In this document: in pieces, positions 18,205 to 28,700 of the stretch
How the letters are laid out: each line of letters begins with the position of its first letter
Numbering within the stretch: position 1 is the stretch's first letter
From: Thecamonas trahens ATCC 50062
Lineage: Eukaryota > Protista > Apusomonadida
Assembly (NCBI RefSeq): GCF_000142905.1
Contig: NW_013657663.1
Coordinates: 248,001 to 312,000, forward strand
Direction of reading: 5' to 3'
DNA: 64,000 nt
The notes under the pieces: generated by a model
Told to the model about the DNA's origin: nothing
Databases searched by the model: none
Seen by the model: the letters and a program-made list of their open reading frames with translations, nothing else
Translations under genes and position numbers: made by a program

Positions 18205-19280
18205 CTACCGGAACGCGTCCTTGGCCGCGCGGAGTAGCGCGAGGATGGCTGCGCGGCGCTGGCCGCGCGACGCACCATGGCCTTGCGCGCGAGCCACACC
18301 CGCAAGCTGTGCTACCCTCGGCGACGACTGGCGGGCAGCCCAGGCGATGACGCTCTGCGCCACAGCTTCGTCGTCGGTGCGGAGAAAGACATTGTGCTCG
18401 CGCTCGGCGCCAATACTGGTCGGCACAGCCGGGTGGCCGACGGCGCGGGCGGCCTGAGCCGCGGCGAGCGATGTGACCACCGCCTCTGACGACGGCAGAA
18501 TGCTCAACCCAAATCGCAGATTGGAGACCGTGTACTCGTGGCCGGGAAAGACGAGGGCGTCGCGCGGCAGGCTCGCCAACGCGTCGAGCGAGGTCAGCAT
18601 CACCGCGGCCGAGCCCTCGAAGAAGTGACCGACGCCACCAGCAAACAGCACATCACCGGTAAAGACGGCACTGGGTGCACTGTCACCTGCCGTCGGTACG
18701 ATGTGGTAGGCCACGTGGCCGGTAGTGTGGCACGGGACCGAGATGACGTCGACGGTAAAGCCGGGAGTGAGGGCAATGCGCTGGCCGGGCACGGCGCGAT
18801 GGGTGCGGCCGACGGCTGGCTCGCCGGCGTAGACCGGAGGAGCGGCGGGGGCAAGCGCAGCGACAACGTCTGCGTTGCCGCCGGCATGGTCCCAGTGATG
18901 GTGGGTGGTAAGGATGCCGGCGCAGGCAAGGCCGAGTTCGTCAAGGATGCGGGCGGCGTAGCGGCCGTGGGCGGGGTCGACAAGAACGCCCGCCCCGCAG
19001 CCACGTCGACGACCACGTAGCAGTAGTTGTCGTTAAGAACAGGCACAATCTCGACTCGCACACCCTTGCCCAGCACCACCGCAGCCCGCTCTGCACACGG
19101 TGCCCGTGGTGCCTCGGTCGCCAGCTCAGGATGGGTGTAGCGGAAGAGCCACAGGCCGAGCGGGTTCGAGGTGTACAGCCAGTAGCCGATGGGGAAGAGA
19201 ATGGCCATCGGGCCCTTGATCACACACAGCACCGCAGTGCTCGCTGCCACCATCATCGCCGCTATCCATCCCCACCACAT
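18205..19280 (-). CDS. Hydroxyacylglutathione hydrolase/PNKD-like metallo-beta-lactamase-fold protein with hydrophobic N-terminus; frameshift at about 18982
   Basis: IGYWLYTSNPLG (PNKD-like), VPVLNDNYCY, then after adding one base VDP...ILTTHHHWDHAGGN, PCHTTGH, FTGDVLFAGGVG.FFEG, FPGHEYTVSNLRF, ERE.NVFLR, LR..KD.F. Confidence 0.88.
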
Positions 19281-19363
19281 GACGCACGAGGGGTACCGGC
19301 GACAAGTGGCCCAGGGCGACGGCGGAGACTACCCACCGACAGACACAGCTCTTCAATGACATG

Positions 19364-22271
19364 CTAGACAGCGGTTGGGGAAAGGCGAGCTGCGAGCCGT
19401 CGATCGAGCCACCAGGAGTAACGGGGACCGAGTCTGGCGGCACCACCATGACAGCACCGCCCGAGCCGTCGACAACAACGACGTCATCGGTGGCGAGCCG
19501 CGCCATGGCATCGGGAATGCACACAACTGGAAGCCCCATCTCGCGAGCGACGATGGCGGTGTGCGAAAGGAGGCCACCGACCTCGACCACCACGCCGGCT
19601 AGCCGCGAAAAGAGCGGCGTCCATCCCGCTGTCGTCCGTGCAGTGACCAAGATGGCACCGTGCGGCAGAGCTTGTGCCGCGTCCAGGTCGCGGGCGACAA
19701 AGGCCCGGCCGGACGCGCGCCCGCCGGCAAGCCCGCGCCCAGAGATAAGGCCCGCGCCGCCGGCATGCGGCCCGTCTGCCGCGCTTGCGCCACCGGCGCT
19801 GCTCTGGCCGAGCATGTCGGTATTGGGCATGAGCCACGACGGTCGCGGAACTCGCTGGAACATCTTTGCGCTCGTCACATGCGCCTGCGCGTTGCCGACA
19901 AGGGCGTCCCAGACCGGCGGCGGCGCAGAGTCGTGGACGCTCACCATCTTAGCCAGGAGCGAGGCAGGAAGCTCAAAGACATCGTCAGCAGTTTCCAGGA
20001 GCCCGGCATTGACCCAGAGCGCGCCGAGCGCGCGCGCAGCCTTGAACACCGCATACCCGACCTCGGACGTCGCAACGTGGATCTCTTCCTTGAGCCGGAC
20101 GTAGACAGCAAGCGCGCTCGCGAGTGAGTTGTCGCCAAAAACGGGCGTCGGCTCCGGCTTTGGTGCCGCCGCCGGCGGCTCGTCGGTCAACATCGACGCC
20201 AGCGCGTCGAGTGCACGCTGAGGATGGTCTCCCCAGTGAGTGTCCGAACCCAGGTCCTGGTCGTCGTCGCTCATCCATGCAAAGCGAGCGAGGATGTCGC
20301 TTAGTGGCTTGGCTGACGCCGGATGAGTGAGCAGTGCCGACGGCGAGGCGACCAACGCCTCAAGCTCGGCCGGTGCCACCGCGGCCGCGAGGTCTGCACC
20401 CAGCGAGCGGAGCGCGGCCAACGCGCCGCCGGTCACTGATGGAATGGCTGCCAGGTATGCCTGGGCGGGGGCATCACCAAGCTCCTCACGCAACTGTGCG
20501 AGTACATGCCCGGCAAGGAGGCCTGATGCCCACGACCACGAGCCGACGGTAATGTAGAGCGGAAGGAGCCGTGCCACTACGGCGCAGGTGTGGGCAAGGC
20601 CGGCGGCAACCAGCTCGTCAGTGGCGAGGCCGCGAGCCCACGGCAGGTCGCCATCGGCCGCCGAAGCGGCGTCGAGCCAGGCCTGGATCTCTACATGGGT
20701 CTGATCACGGACGGTGTCCAAAACGCCGGCGTTCTCGAGCTGAGCATAGAGCCCGTGGCGGGCGTAGACCTGCCCAAACGAATGATCTTCGGCGCCAGGC
20801 TGGGCGACAGTTTGTAGAGGTCACGAGGTGCAGCCCAGCCGAGAAGCTGCGAGCCCCAGGTGAGGAGGAGCCGCGAGTGGGCGTCGCCCTGGAGGCTTTG
20901 AGTGAGCAAGCCGAGATAGTCGAAGAGAAACGGATACCAATTGCCGCCAGTCACTGCCGTCGCCGACGAGAGGGTGGTAATCGGCCGAGTCTGCAGAACC
21001 ACCAGCGCGCCGCTCGACTGTAGCGCCCACTCGATGTCCTGCGGTCGGCCGTAGTGTTTGGCGACGTTGAGGCCAAGCTGGACCAGCTCGCAAACCTGCG
21101 CCTCGGTCAGCGGAGGGCCCTGACCAGACACATTGCGGACCTCGGTCCCGCCGGCAGCGACGGCAAAAACGCCGTCGACTTGAGCGCCTAGCTCAGACTC
21201 GACAACCTTGCCAAGGAGCCAGTCGAAGACAAACGAGGCTGGAGTGACCGAGGCCGAGACCAGCGACTCGCCAAGACCCCACACAGCTTCGATCCGGGCC
21301 CGCGGCGCAGCGGCGTTCATCGGATCGACGGTGAAGAGCACGCCGGCTGCCGCAGCAGGGACCATGGTCATGACAACCACAGCCATCGACGTGGCGTCCG
21401 CGGCCGCGACCTTGGCCTCGCGGGTCCTGTGGTAGGCAAAGGCGCGCGGGTGCCAGGCCGATGCCCATGCCTTCTTGATGGCAACAAGCACGCCGTCGAC
21501 GGTCTTGACATTGAGATAGGTCTCGTAGATGCCGGCGTGCGACGCCGACGCGCCATCCTCGCCCACGCCCGACGACCGGACCGCCACGCCCGACGCCAGC
21601 AGGCTGTCACCGCCAGCGCCGGCAATCCACTCGCCCACCGCGGCTGCAACGGCAGGATCCAGAGGATGCGCCACAATCGCGGCCTGAAGCGCCTCCAGCG
21701 CCTCCTTCGACGACGCCAGCCGCGCGCCGAGCTTGGCTTTGGCAGCAGCGCGGAGTTTCGCCAGCTCTGGCGAGGCCATGTGGGCCTGATAGGCCGAGGC
21801 GGTGACAACGCACCCGAGTGGGACCGGCACACCAACAGCGCTCAGCTCGACGCATCGTAGACCCTTGCCGCCCAGCTCGTCGACGCTCATACCGGCTGCC
21901 TCGTTGAGATCGACAACCGCCGCGGCACGATCGGGCTCTCCGACAAGAACCAACTCAAACGAGCCGCCAGCCGGGAACTCTGCCTGAACTACCGATCCGC
22001 GCCACACAGTGCGGCCACACGTATCGGTGAAGATATGGCCAGAGCACGCTGTCTCCGAGTCGGCAATCGTCGCAACCACACGCCCATCGCCAGCACCAGC
22101 CTCCTCGCCGACCACCACATACTCAGCTTGTCCATACGCATAGTGCCTCCCTGCTGTCGACGAGACCAGGTCAATCACATAAGGCGACGGTGTGAAACCT
22201 GGCACAACAAGCGTCCCCTCCCACCGCTGTCCCGCTTGCAGGATGGTCTGAGAAGGTTTCGATGCCGACAT
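19364..22271 (-). CDS. PEP-synthase/PPDK-superfamily dikinase with rifampin phosphotransferase (RPH)/PigC domain order; frameshift at about 20781; 3' end uncertain (19364 or 19126)
   Basis: ATP-grasp domain (GGKG, VAVRSSGVGEDGASASHAG, GVLFTVDP, WGLGESLVS, PQDIEWA, LQTRPIT), a helical middle domain, and a C-terminal swivel phospho-His domain (TTAGWTPLF...GGLLSHTAIVAREMGLPVV...VDGSGG.V). ORFs 20691..22604 and 19126..20721 join with one added T. Confidence 0.86.
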
Positions 22272-22501
22272 GCTAGAGAGATGGGGGGAAGGGGCAGGGG
22301 GCAGGGGCAGGGGAAGGGTAGGGAGGGCAGAGAATTGGGCTTCTTTTGTGGCGACAGTTTTTGTTCCAAAAGTGCGAGGGAGAGGAGAGGGGGGGCTGCA
22401 ACATGCTGCACACTGCAGGATTGACGGGGGGGGGGGGGGGGGGATGGAGGATGGGGAGGCTGGCTGCAAACACTTGTTGCCACCCTGTTTGCGGGAGGAA
22501 C

Positions 22502-22954
22502 ATGGGCTACACGCACTATTGGAGCTTTGCGTCGGATGAAGGGTTCTCGGATGAGGCTTGGGCGGCCATTGTGGAGGCTGTGGGGAGAGTCTTGGAGAAT
22601 TCACCGGTTGCGCTCTCCAACGAGACTCGGGTTGATGATGATGCGATCGTGATCAATGGTGCCGAACCAGACGACTTTGAGACGCTTGTCATCCGTCATG
22701 ATGTGTCAAACACGCATGCCTTTGGCCCCATGCCGCACGCCGGCTTTGTCAAGACCCAATGGCGCCCGTACGACGTCGTGGTGTGCGCCACGCTCCTCAT
22801 CCTCCGCACCCTGAGTCCAGACGTCATCACCATCTACAGCGATGGCGAATGGGACGGGGAGTGGATCGGTGCCCGCGCCTTGGCGTCGAACGTCCTCCCG
22901 GACCTAGCCGCCTCCTTTAGCGAGCAATCGAAGCTCACGCCGTTCCCCGAGTAG
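22502..22954 (+). CDS. Conserved hypothetical 'MGYTHYW...KT...PYD...SDG' protein, 150 aa
   Basis: MGYTHYW start, ING...FETL, FVKTQWRPYDVVVCATL, YSDGEW. I recall this pattern from uncharacterised phage, bacterial and fungal proteins. Confidence 0.78.
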   Translation: MGYTHYWSFASDEGFSDEAWAAIVEAVGRVLENSPVALSNETRVDDDAIVINGAEPDDFETLVIRHDVSNTHAFGPMPHAGFVKTQWRPYDVVVCATLLILRTLSPDVITIYSDGEWDGEWIGARALASNVLPDLAASFSEQSKLTPFPE

Positions 22955-23243
22955 CAGCCGGGCGGCTTGTAGCCGATCAGGCATCCGATCAGACTTGACC
23001 GATCGCAGCCAGAAGCCGCCGCCCGCTCACGCCTATCAAGCGCCACGTGCTGCAGTAGTTTGTAAAGAACCGGAATGGTGGCAGTAGCTGCTGCGCCATC
23101 GCGCATCATGCCCTCTCCCTTCCCCTCCGCCGCGTCTGGCTCCACCACCACGTGACGCGCACGCGGTGACACCTCGACAACCACAGGCCCGAACGGAAGC
23201 AGACAACACGGCTCGCTCGGCTCCAGGCCTGGCAGTTTGGCAA

Positions 23244-24062
23244 ATGAAGCATGTGTCGACATGGGGGAAGCGTGAAGAGGCTGTGGCGGGGCTGGTGTGG
23301 CTGAGTCTGGCGCTCGGCCTTGCGGCGGTAGCCGGGACATCCGTGTGGGCGGCGGCGGTCTCGGCCGTCCTCCTCGGCCACGTGGCGGTGTCTGTGGGCG
23401 AGACTGTAGTCCATCGCAACGTGTATCATGGCCATTGGGCATGGATCAAGGCCAAGCGGCCACCGGCGCTCGCCGGGGCCATCGCTTTTCTGCAGCCAGT
23501 GGTGGACGGCGTCCACGGCTGGCTCCGCGCCGGCTACGTCCACCACTGGGTTGTCCACCACGACCACGCACGGCGCGCGCCTGCCGAGGTGGCGACGACC
23601 GGCATGCCGCCGGCCGATCTTGCGGCTGAAGCCGACAATGTGCACGGCGCCGGCCACGCGGCGGCGCTGTACTACTCGAGCTACGGCATGGAGTGCTTCT
23701 CGTTTGGCATTGCCGCTCATACGTCGACACTGCTGGCAACGCCGATGCCGCTGGTCGGCGCCGTGCTGGGTGGATGGTACGCGTGGGCCGGAACATCAGC
23801 AGCCGGAGTGGCGGCGCTGATGACGCTGTTCTGGCTGCCTGCATGCTGGTACGCCGCATCATCGTGCGGATATCACAAGTACCTGCACTTGCGGCCCAAG
23901 CTGCGGGCGGCGGCGACGCCGTGGTGGCTTCGCTGGCTTGTTCTCTCTCGCGAGGGCGCCCGCCTTGCCGCCGACCACCACGCCCATCACTTTGGAGCCA
24001 ATGCCGATGCCTATTACAACATTGTCCCGCTCGGCCGCTGGTTCACGTGGTGGCTCGCCTAA
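23244..24062 (+). CDS. Membrane di-iron His-box enzyme (fatty acid hydroxylase/sterol desaturase superfamily)
   Basis: TM segments with ExxxHRNVYH, HWVVHH, YHKYLH, HHAHH followed by YYNI. Confidence 0.8.
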   Translation: MKHVSTWGKREEAVAGLVWLSLALGLAAVAGTSVWAAAVSAVLLGHVAVSVGETVVHRNVYHGHWAWIKAKRPPALAGAIAFLQPVVDGVHGWLRAGYVHHWVVHHDHARRAPAEVATTGMPPADLAAEADNVHGAGHAAALYYSSYGMECFSFGIAAHTSTLLATPMPLVGAVLGGWYAWAGTSAAGVAALMTLFWLPACWYAASSCGYHKYLHLRPKLRAAATPWWLRWLVLSREGARLAADHHAHHFGANADAYYNIVPLGRWFTWWLA

Positions 24063-24095
24063 CACAAGAACGGTGTACAACCCAAATGAACACAA

Positions 24096-24704
24096 TTAGC
24101 TAGATGTTATGAGCTCGACAGAGCGGAACTCGACGCTGATGGCCTCGACAGCGGCATCGTCGACGGCATCAATGTACGTCACGTCGAGCGACTTGAGCGA
24201 GGGCAGGGCGTGGAGGAGGGCTGTGATGCCTGCAGGCGTGACGTTCCACAGGAAGCGAAGCGAGAGGTGCTCGAGCGCAGGGCAGTGCTTGGCGACAGAA
24301 ACCAGGGAGGCATCGGTAAGCAGATGACAGCCTCCGAGGAAGAGCGACTTGAGCTTCGGCGTGTGGACGAGGACCTTGGCCAGGGCCGCATCGGTGGTGT
24401 TCCACACACCGCCGATGTTGAGCGTCTCCACGTTCTTGAGGAACGGGGCTGCCGAGATGAGTCCGTCCGCCGTCAGCCGCCGGCACGAGAGGAACGACAC
24501 GTCCTTGGCCAGCTCGAGCTTCGGCCCCAGCACCTGCAGCGACTCGTCCACCACCAAGGCCTTGGCCAGCATCAGCTCCACAGACTGCCACAGCCCGGGG
24601 AACTGCGCATAGTCGTACCACTTGTGGCACGTCTGTGCAACCTTGGACAGCGACTCGGTGTCCAGAAACTTGAAGATGTATCGCCAGCACTTTTCGTCCA
24701 GCAT
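24096..24704 (-). CDS. F-box/LRR protein (FBXL-like); may have an upstream exon
   Basis: F-box LDEKCWRYIFKFLDTESLSKVAQTCHKW...LWQSV, followed by LRRs (LFLGGCHLLTDASL, CPALEHLSL). Confidence 0.87.
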   Translation of the reverse strand: MLDEKCWRYIFKFLDTESLSKVAQTCHKWYDYAQFPGLWQSVELMLAKALVVDESLQVLGPKLELAKDVSFLSCRRLTADGLISAAPFLKNVETLNIGGVWNTTDAALAKVLVHTPKLKSLFLGGCHLLTDASLVSVAKHCPALEHLSLRFLWNVTPAGITALLHALPSLKSLDVTYIDAVDDAAVEAISVEFRSVELITSS

Positions 24705-25738
24705 CTGCGCGTTCTCCACCCCCACGGTTGCGGCTGTGAGTCGCGCCGCCCGCACCCACCCGCGGGTTTTCCCGCAAGCGCCAAAAAAAATATCCGCGCC
24801 ATCTCGCGCCATCGTTCCCGCCACGTCGCGCCACCGCCACCCGCGCTCCCCGGCCGCGGTCAACCGCCCATGCACCCCCTCCCGCCCTCCATCCCGCCTC
24901 TCCTACCCACTACCGACAGAGTCTAGGCCGGCAATGACCAGCGCCATCTCCTAAGAACGCGGAGCAAGCCTTCGCAAGAAACCCAAAAACCGGGGAAGCT
25001 TGCCTCCCACCACCATAACTAATCGTTCGATACCTTGACATTCGCGAACTTTGGTCACGACGCGTCCGACACCCACAGCCAGCCAGCAGCGGTGGAGCCC
25101 CCCTCTCCCCCCCCCCTGCCCCCCCCTCCCAAGGACACAAGCCGGGCTATAGCCACTCTAAAAAATCGCAACAAGGCCTACTAGCCTCTAAACCCAACGT
25201 ACGTTTGCCGGCGAGGTCATGCCGTCTGAAGCCCCAGGCGCAGCTCGCCCCATTACCGAGTTTGTCCCTTGGGCTGAGGGTAGGTGGTGAAAGAGGAGGA
25301 GGACGGGCAAGCAAGCGGTCGGAGAAGTGGCGTTCCCACTCACCGAAAACTACCACACCAACCGTTGCATCGGGCAAACAAGGAAGAAAACCAAAGAGAG
25401 TCACTCGCCCAAAAAATAATCATTGCCACCCTCGAAAACAATTGAGTCGTTCATCGTTTGTGGGTGGCACTATGGTTGGCTGACTGGCTTGCATTCGCTC
25501 ATTCGCCTCGTCCACCCGCACGTCTCGCACATTTTTGCGCGCTTCTCCCGACCGTTGCGGTTGTAACCAACAAAACAACCCGCGCGCGCTGTGCCCCCCC
25601 CTCCCCCCCCTCTATCCCTCCCCTTGCACGCAACAGCAAGTGGGCTCGCGAGACAGTAGCTACCCTCTACTCTACCCCCCCCCCCCCCCCACCACACACA
25701 CACACACACATACACAAACGCAGTTGCGTTACTGAACC

Positions 25739-28700
25739 ATGTCGTCGCGGCGTGACTATGACGACTCGCGTTCAGACTCGGGCTCGATGTCCGGCTCCAA
25801 CTCGGACGGGTCGTCGAACCGCTCGCGCGGCGAAGACGACGACTCGGAGCGGGCGATCAAGTGGCTGCAGCGGTACGTGCTTGCAGAGCTTGGCGTGAAG
25901 AAGGACAAGTGGAAGAAGATGATGCTCATCTCCGAGTGCCGCTACGCGGTTCACAACTTTGTGGAGGAACCGTCGCTGCGGTGGATCCTGTTCTACGTCT
26001 CGGGCCCCGAGCTCTTTGCGGCGGTCAAGTACCCGTCGCAGCTGAGCAAGAAGGCGTTGTACCTCATCAAGGAAGATGACGCGCCCGAGGTACTCTCGCC
26101 GGAAACGATGGGCGAGTACATTACGTCGGGTGACCTCGCGACGGCGCCGCTCGACCAGCTCTCGCTGCTTGTGGACGAGGTCTACACGCCGCTGCTCAAG
26201 AACCGGCGGAACCACGCCGGGTGGCCCGACGTGGTGGAGGACGACATCATCCGCCACTTCCACAAACTCGCGGGGGCCGTGTATGTCATCGGTGGGCAGA
26301 CCAAGGGCAAGACGCTGCTCCCGCTCCCGCCCGAGGCCGACGCCACCGACGCCACCTCGCAGGACAAGTCGCTCGTCCACCAGATCGAGTCTGCGGTCAT
26401 TGAGTGGACCCACCAGGTCCGCGCAGTTGTCAAGTCGTCCAACGACGAGCTTCTCAAGCGGGCGTACACCAACTTGCAGTCTGCGCTGCAGTCCTCGTTC
26501 TCACCGGCGCTCTCAATCGGGCCCAACGGTGAGCTTCGAGTCAACGGCGTCGACGCCACCGACCCCACTGCTCAGCTTGCCGCGCTCTCGAAGGCTGGCG
26601 CCGCCGCGCTCACCTCCGAGTCGTCGGGCTCCGACTCTGCACCCAACGGTGGCGGCGCCGGCTCGGACGCCGGTGACGCCGTCTCGGCCACCTCGGAGAT
26701 TGCGTTCCCAGGGCCTGGCGCCGAGCTCGACTTCTGGGAGGCCAAAGCCGCTAACCTGCAGTGCATCCACGACCAGCTCTACGATGAGAAGATGCGCAAG
26801 ATTGGGCGGGTCCTCGACATCTCGCGCTCGTCATACTACCCGGCCTTCCAGGCCATCTACGCCGAAGTCGACACTGCGCTCACCGAGGCGTACGACATCC
26901 ACAAGTGCATCGCCCCGCTCCGCGAGTACGTCGAGGGCATGGAGAACCTGTCGGCGTACGTCGACCTCGCTGGCGTCTTCAAGCCCATGATCCACGTACT
27001 CTCGCTCGTCTGGGCCGAGTCGGCGTACTACTCGGTCCCGCACCTCATTGTGCTCATTCAGGAGATGTGCAACGATGTCATCGAGCACACCCGCGAGTTC
27101 ATCGGCGCCGACCGGTTGTTCTCGATCGAGACCCATGACGCCGTCGAGTCGCTCGAGGTCGCCCTCGAGGTCCTTGCCCAGTTCAAGGCCACATTCTTCC
27201 ACTACAAGTCGCAGATCAACGCCGCCAATCCGGAGCGCGCGTGGCGGTTTGACGACATCACCGTCTTTAAGCGCCTCGACCAGTTTGTGGCCCGCCTCAA
27301 GGACCTCCTTGACCTCATGCAGACCATCCTCGAGTTCAACAAGCTCGAAAAGGTCGAGGTTGGTGGCTCCAAGGGCGAAGTCCTCACCGCCACCGTGGTC
27401 GAGATCTTCAAGGAGTTTGAAGAGTCGGTCCTAGTCTTTGCCGGCATCGAGTACGACGTCCTCGACGTGTACGACATGCGCTACGCCTCACAGGCCGCGG
27501 CCTTCCGCGTCAAGATCCAGGACCTCGAGCGCCGCATCTCCACCGTCATCTCGGAAGGTTTTGACGACGCCGTCACCGTCGCCGCCTCGTTCAAGCTCCT
27601 TGACTCGTTCCACGGCATGCTCCATCGCGACGCCATCCGGTCCGACTTTGATCGCAAGTACGTCGAGCTAGTCGACATGTACGCCCGCGACCTCGACGAG
27701 GTCCACGGGCTCTTTGTCCGTGAGCGCGACAACCCGCCGCTCCACACCAACCTCCCGCCGGTCGCCGGCGCCGTCTTTTGGGCCCGCAACCTCTCCAAGC
27801 GCATTGCCCAGCCGCACGCCAAGCTCCTCAAGCTCAACTCGGACGTCCTCGAGCTCCCGCAGGGCCTCGACGTCCTCGCCAAGTACGACACGCTCTCGGC
27901 CGAGCTCGCCAACTACGAAGCCGAAAAGCACGTCCTCTGGGTCGCCTCGGTCGACCTCAAGGCCTCGGAGAAGCTCAACAACTCGCTCATCGCACGCGAC
28001 GCAGACACCAAGAAGCTCGAGGTCAACTTTGCGCCCGCGCTCGTCACCCTCCTCCGCGAAGTCAAGTACCTCCAGTACCTCGGGCTCGAAATCCCGCCGG
28101 CCGGTGCCCAGCTCTACGCCGAGTCGGAGCAGTTCCGCGCACACATTGCCGGCCTCAACATCATTGTCGACACGTACAACAAGATCATCTCGACTCTCCT
28201 GCCCGTCGAGGTTCCGCTCGTCGAGGAGCGGCTTACCAAGATCGACCGCGAGCTCGAGCAGGGCATCCACCACCTCAATTGGCGCTCAACCTCGATCGGT
28301 GAGTTCATCACCTCGGTCTCTGCCCTCGTTGCCGACGTCGACGCCATCCTCACCACCCTCAAGGACAACGTCGAGGAGCTCGAGTACATCATGCTCCACT
28401 GGTCGAACCGCCCGCTCATCTCGCGCAAGGACTCACGCAAGTACCTCGACATGGACGACTGCCGCGAGAAGATCATGGCCCGCTCGCTCGAGATCGAGCT
28501 GCAGGGCGGCAAGATCCACTCGCTCATCAAGGAGTCGCGTGCCACCGTTGGCCTGCCTGCAGACGCCCAGCCGTGGATTGACTACGTCGCCTACGTCAAC
28601 GGCATCATCAAGAAGGGCTTCCACGACACCGTCAAGACCTCGCTCGAGTTCCTCGCCTCGAACATGAACGACGACTACCTCCGCCGCAACGAGCTTCCGC

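Noticed and set aside
18205-24062. Bacterial contamination or a mobile element explaining the prokaryote-like genes
   Set aside because: The region is contiguous with intron-containing eukaryotic genes, has host-type poly-G spacers and similar GC, and shows no transposase, integrase or terminal repeats.
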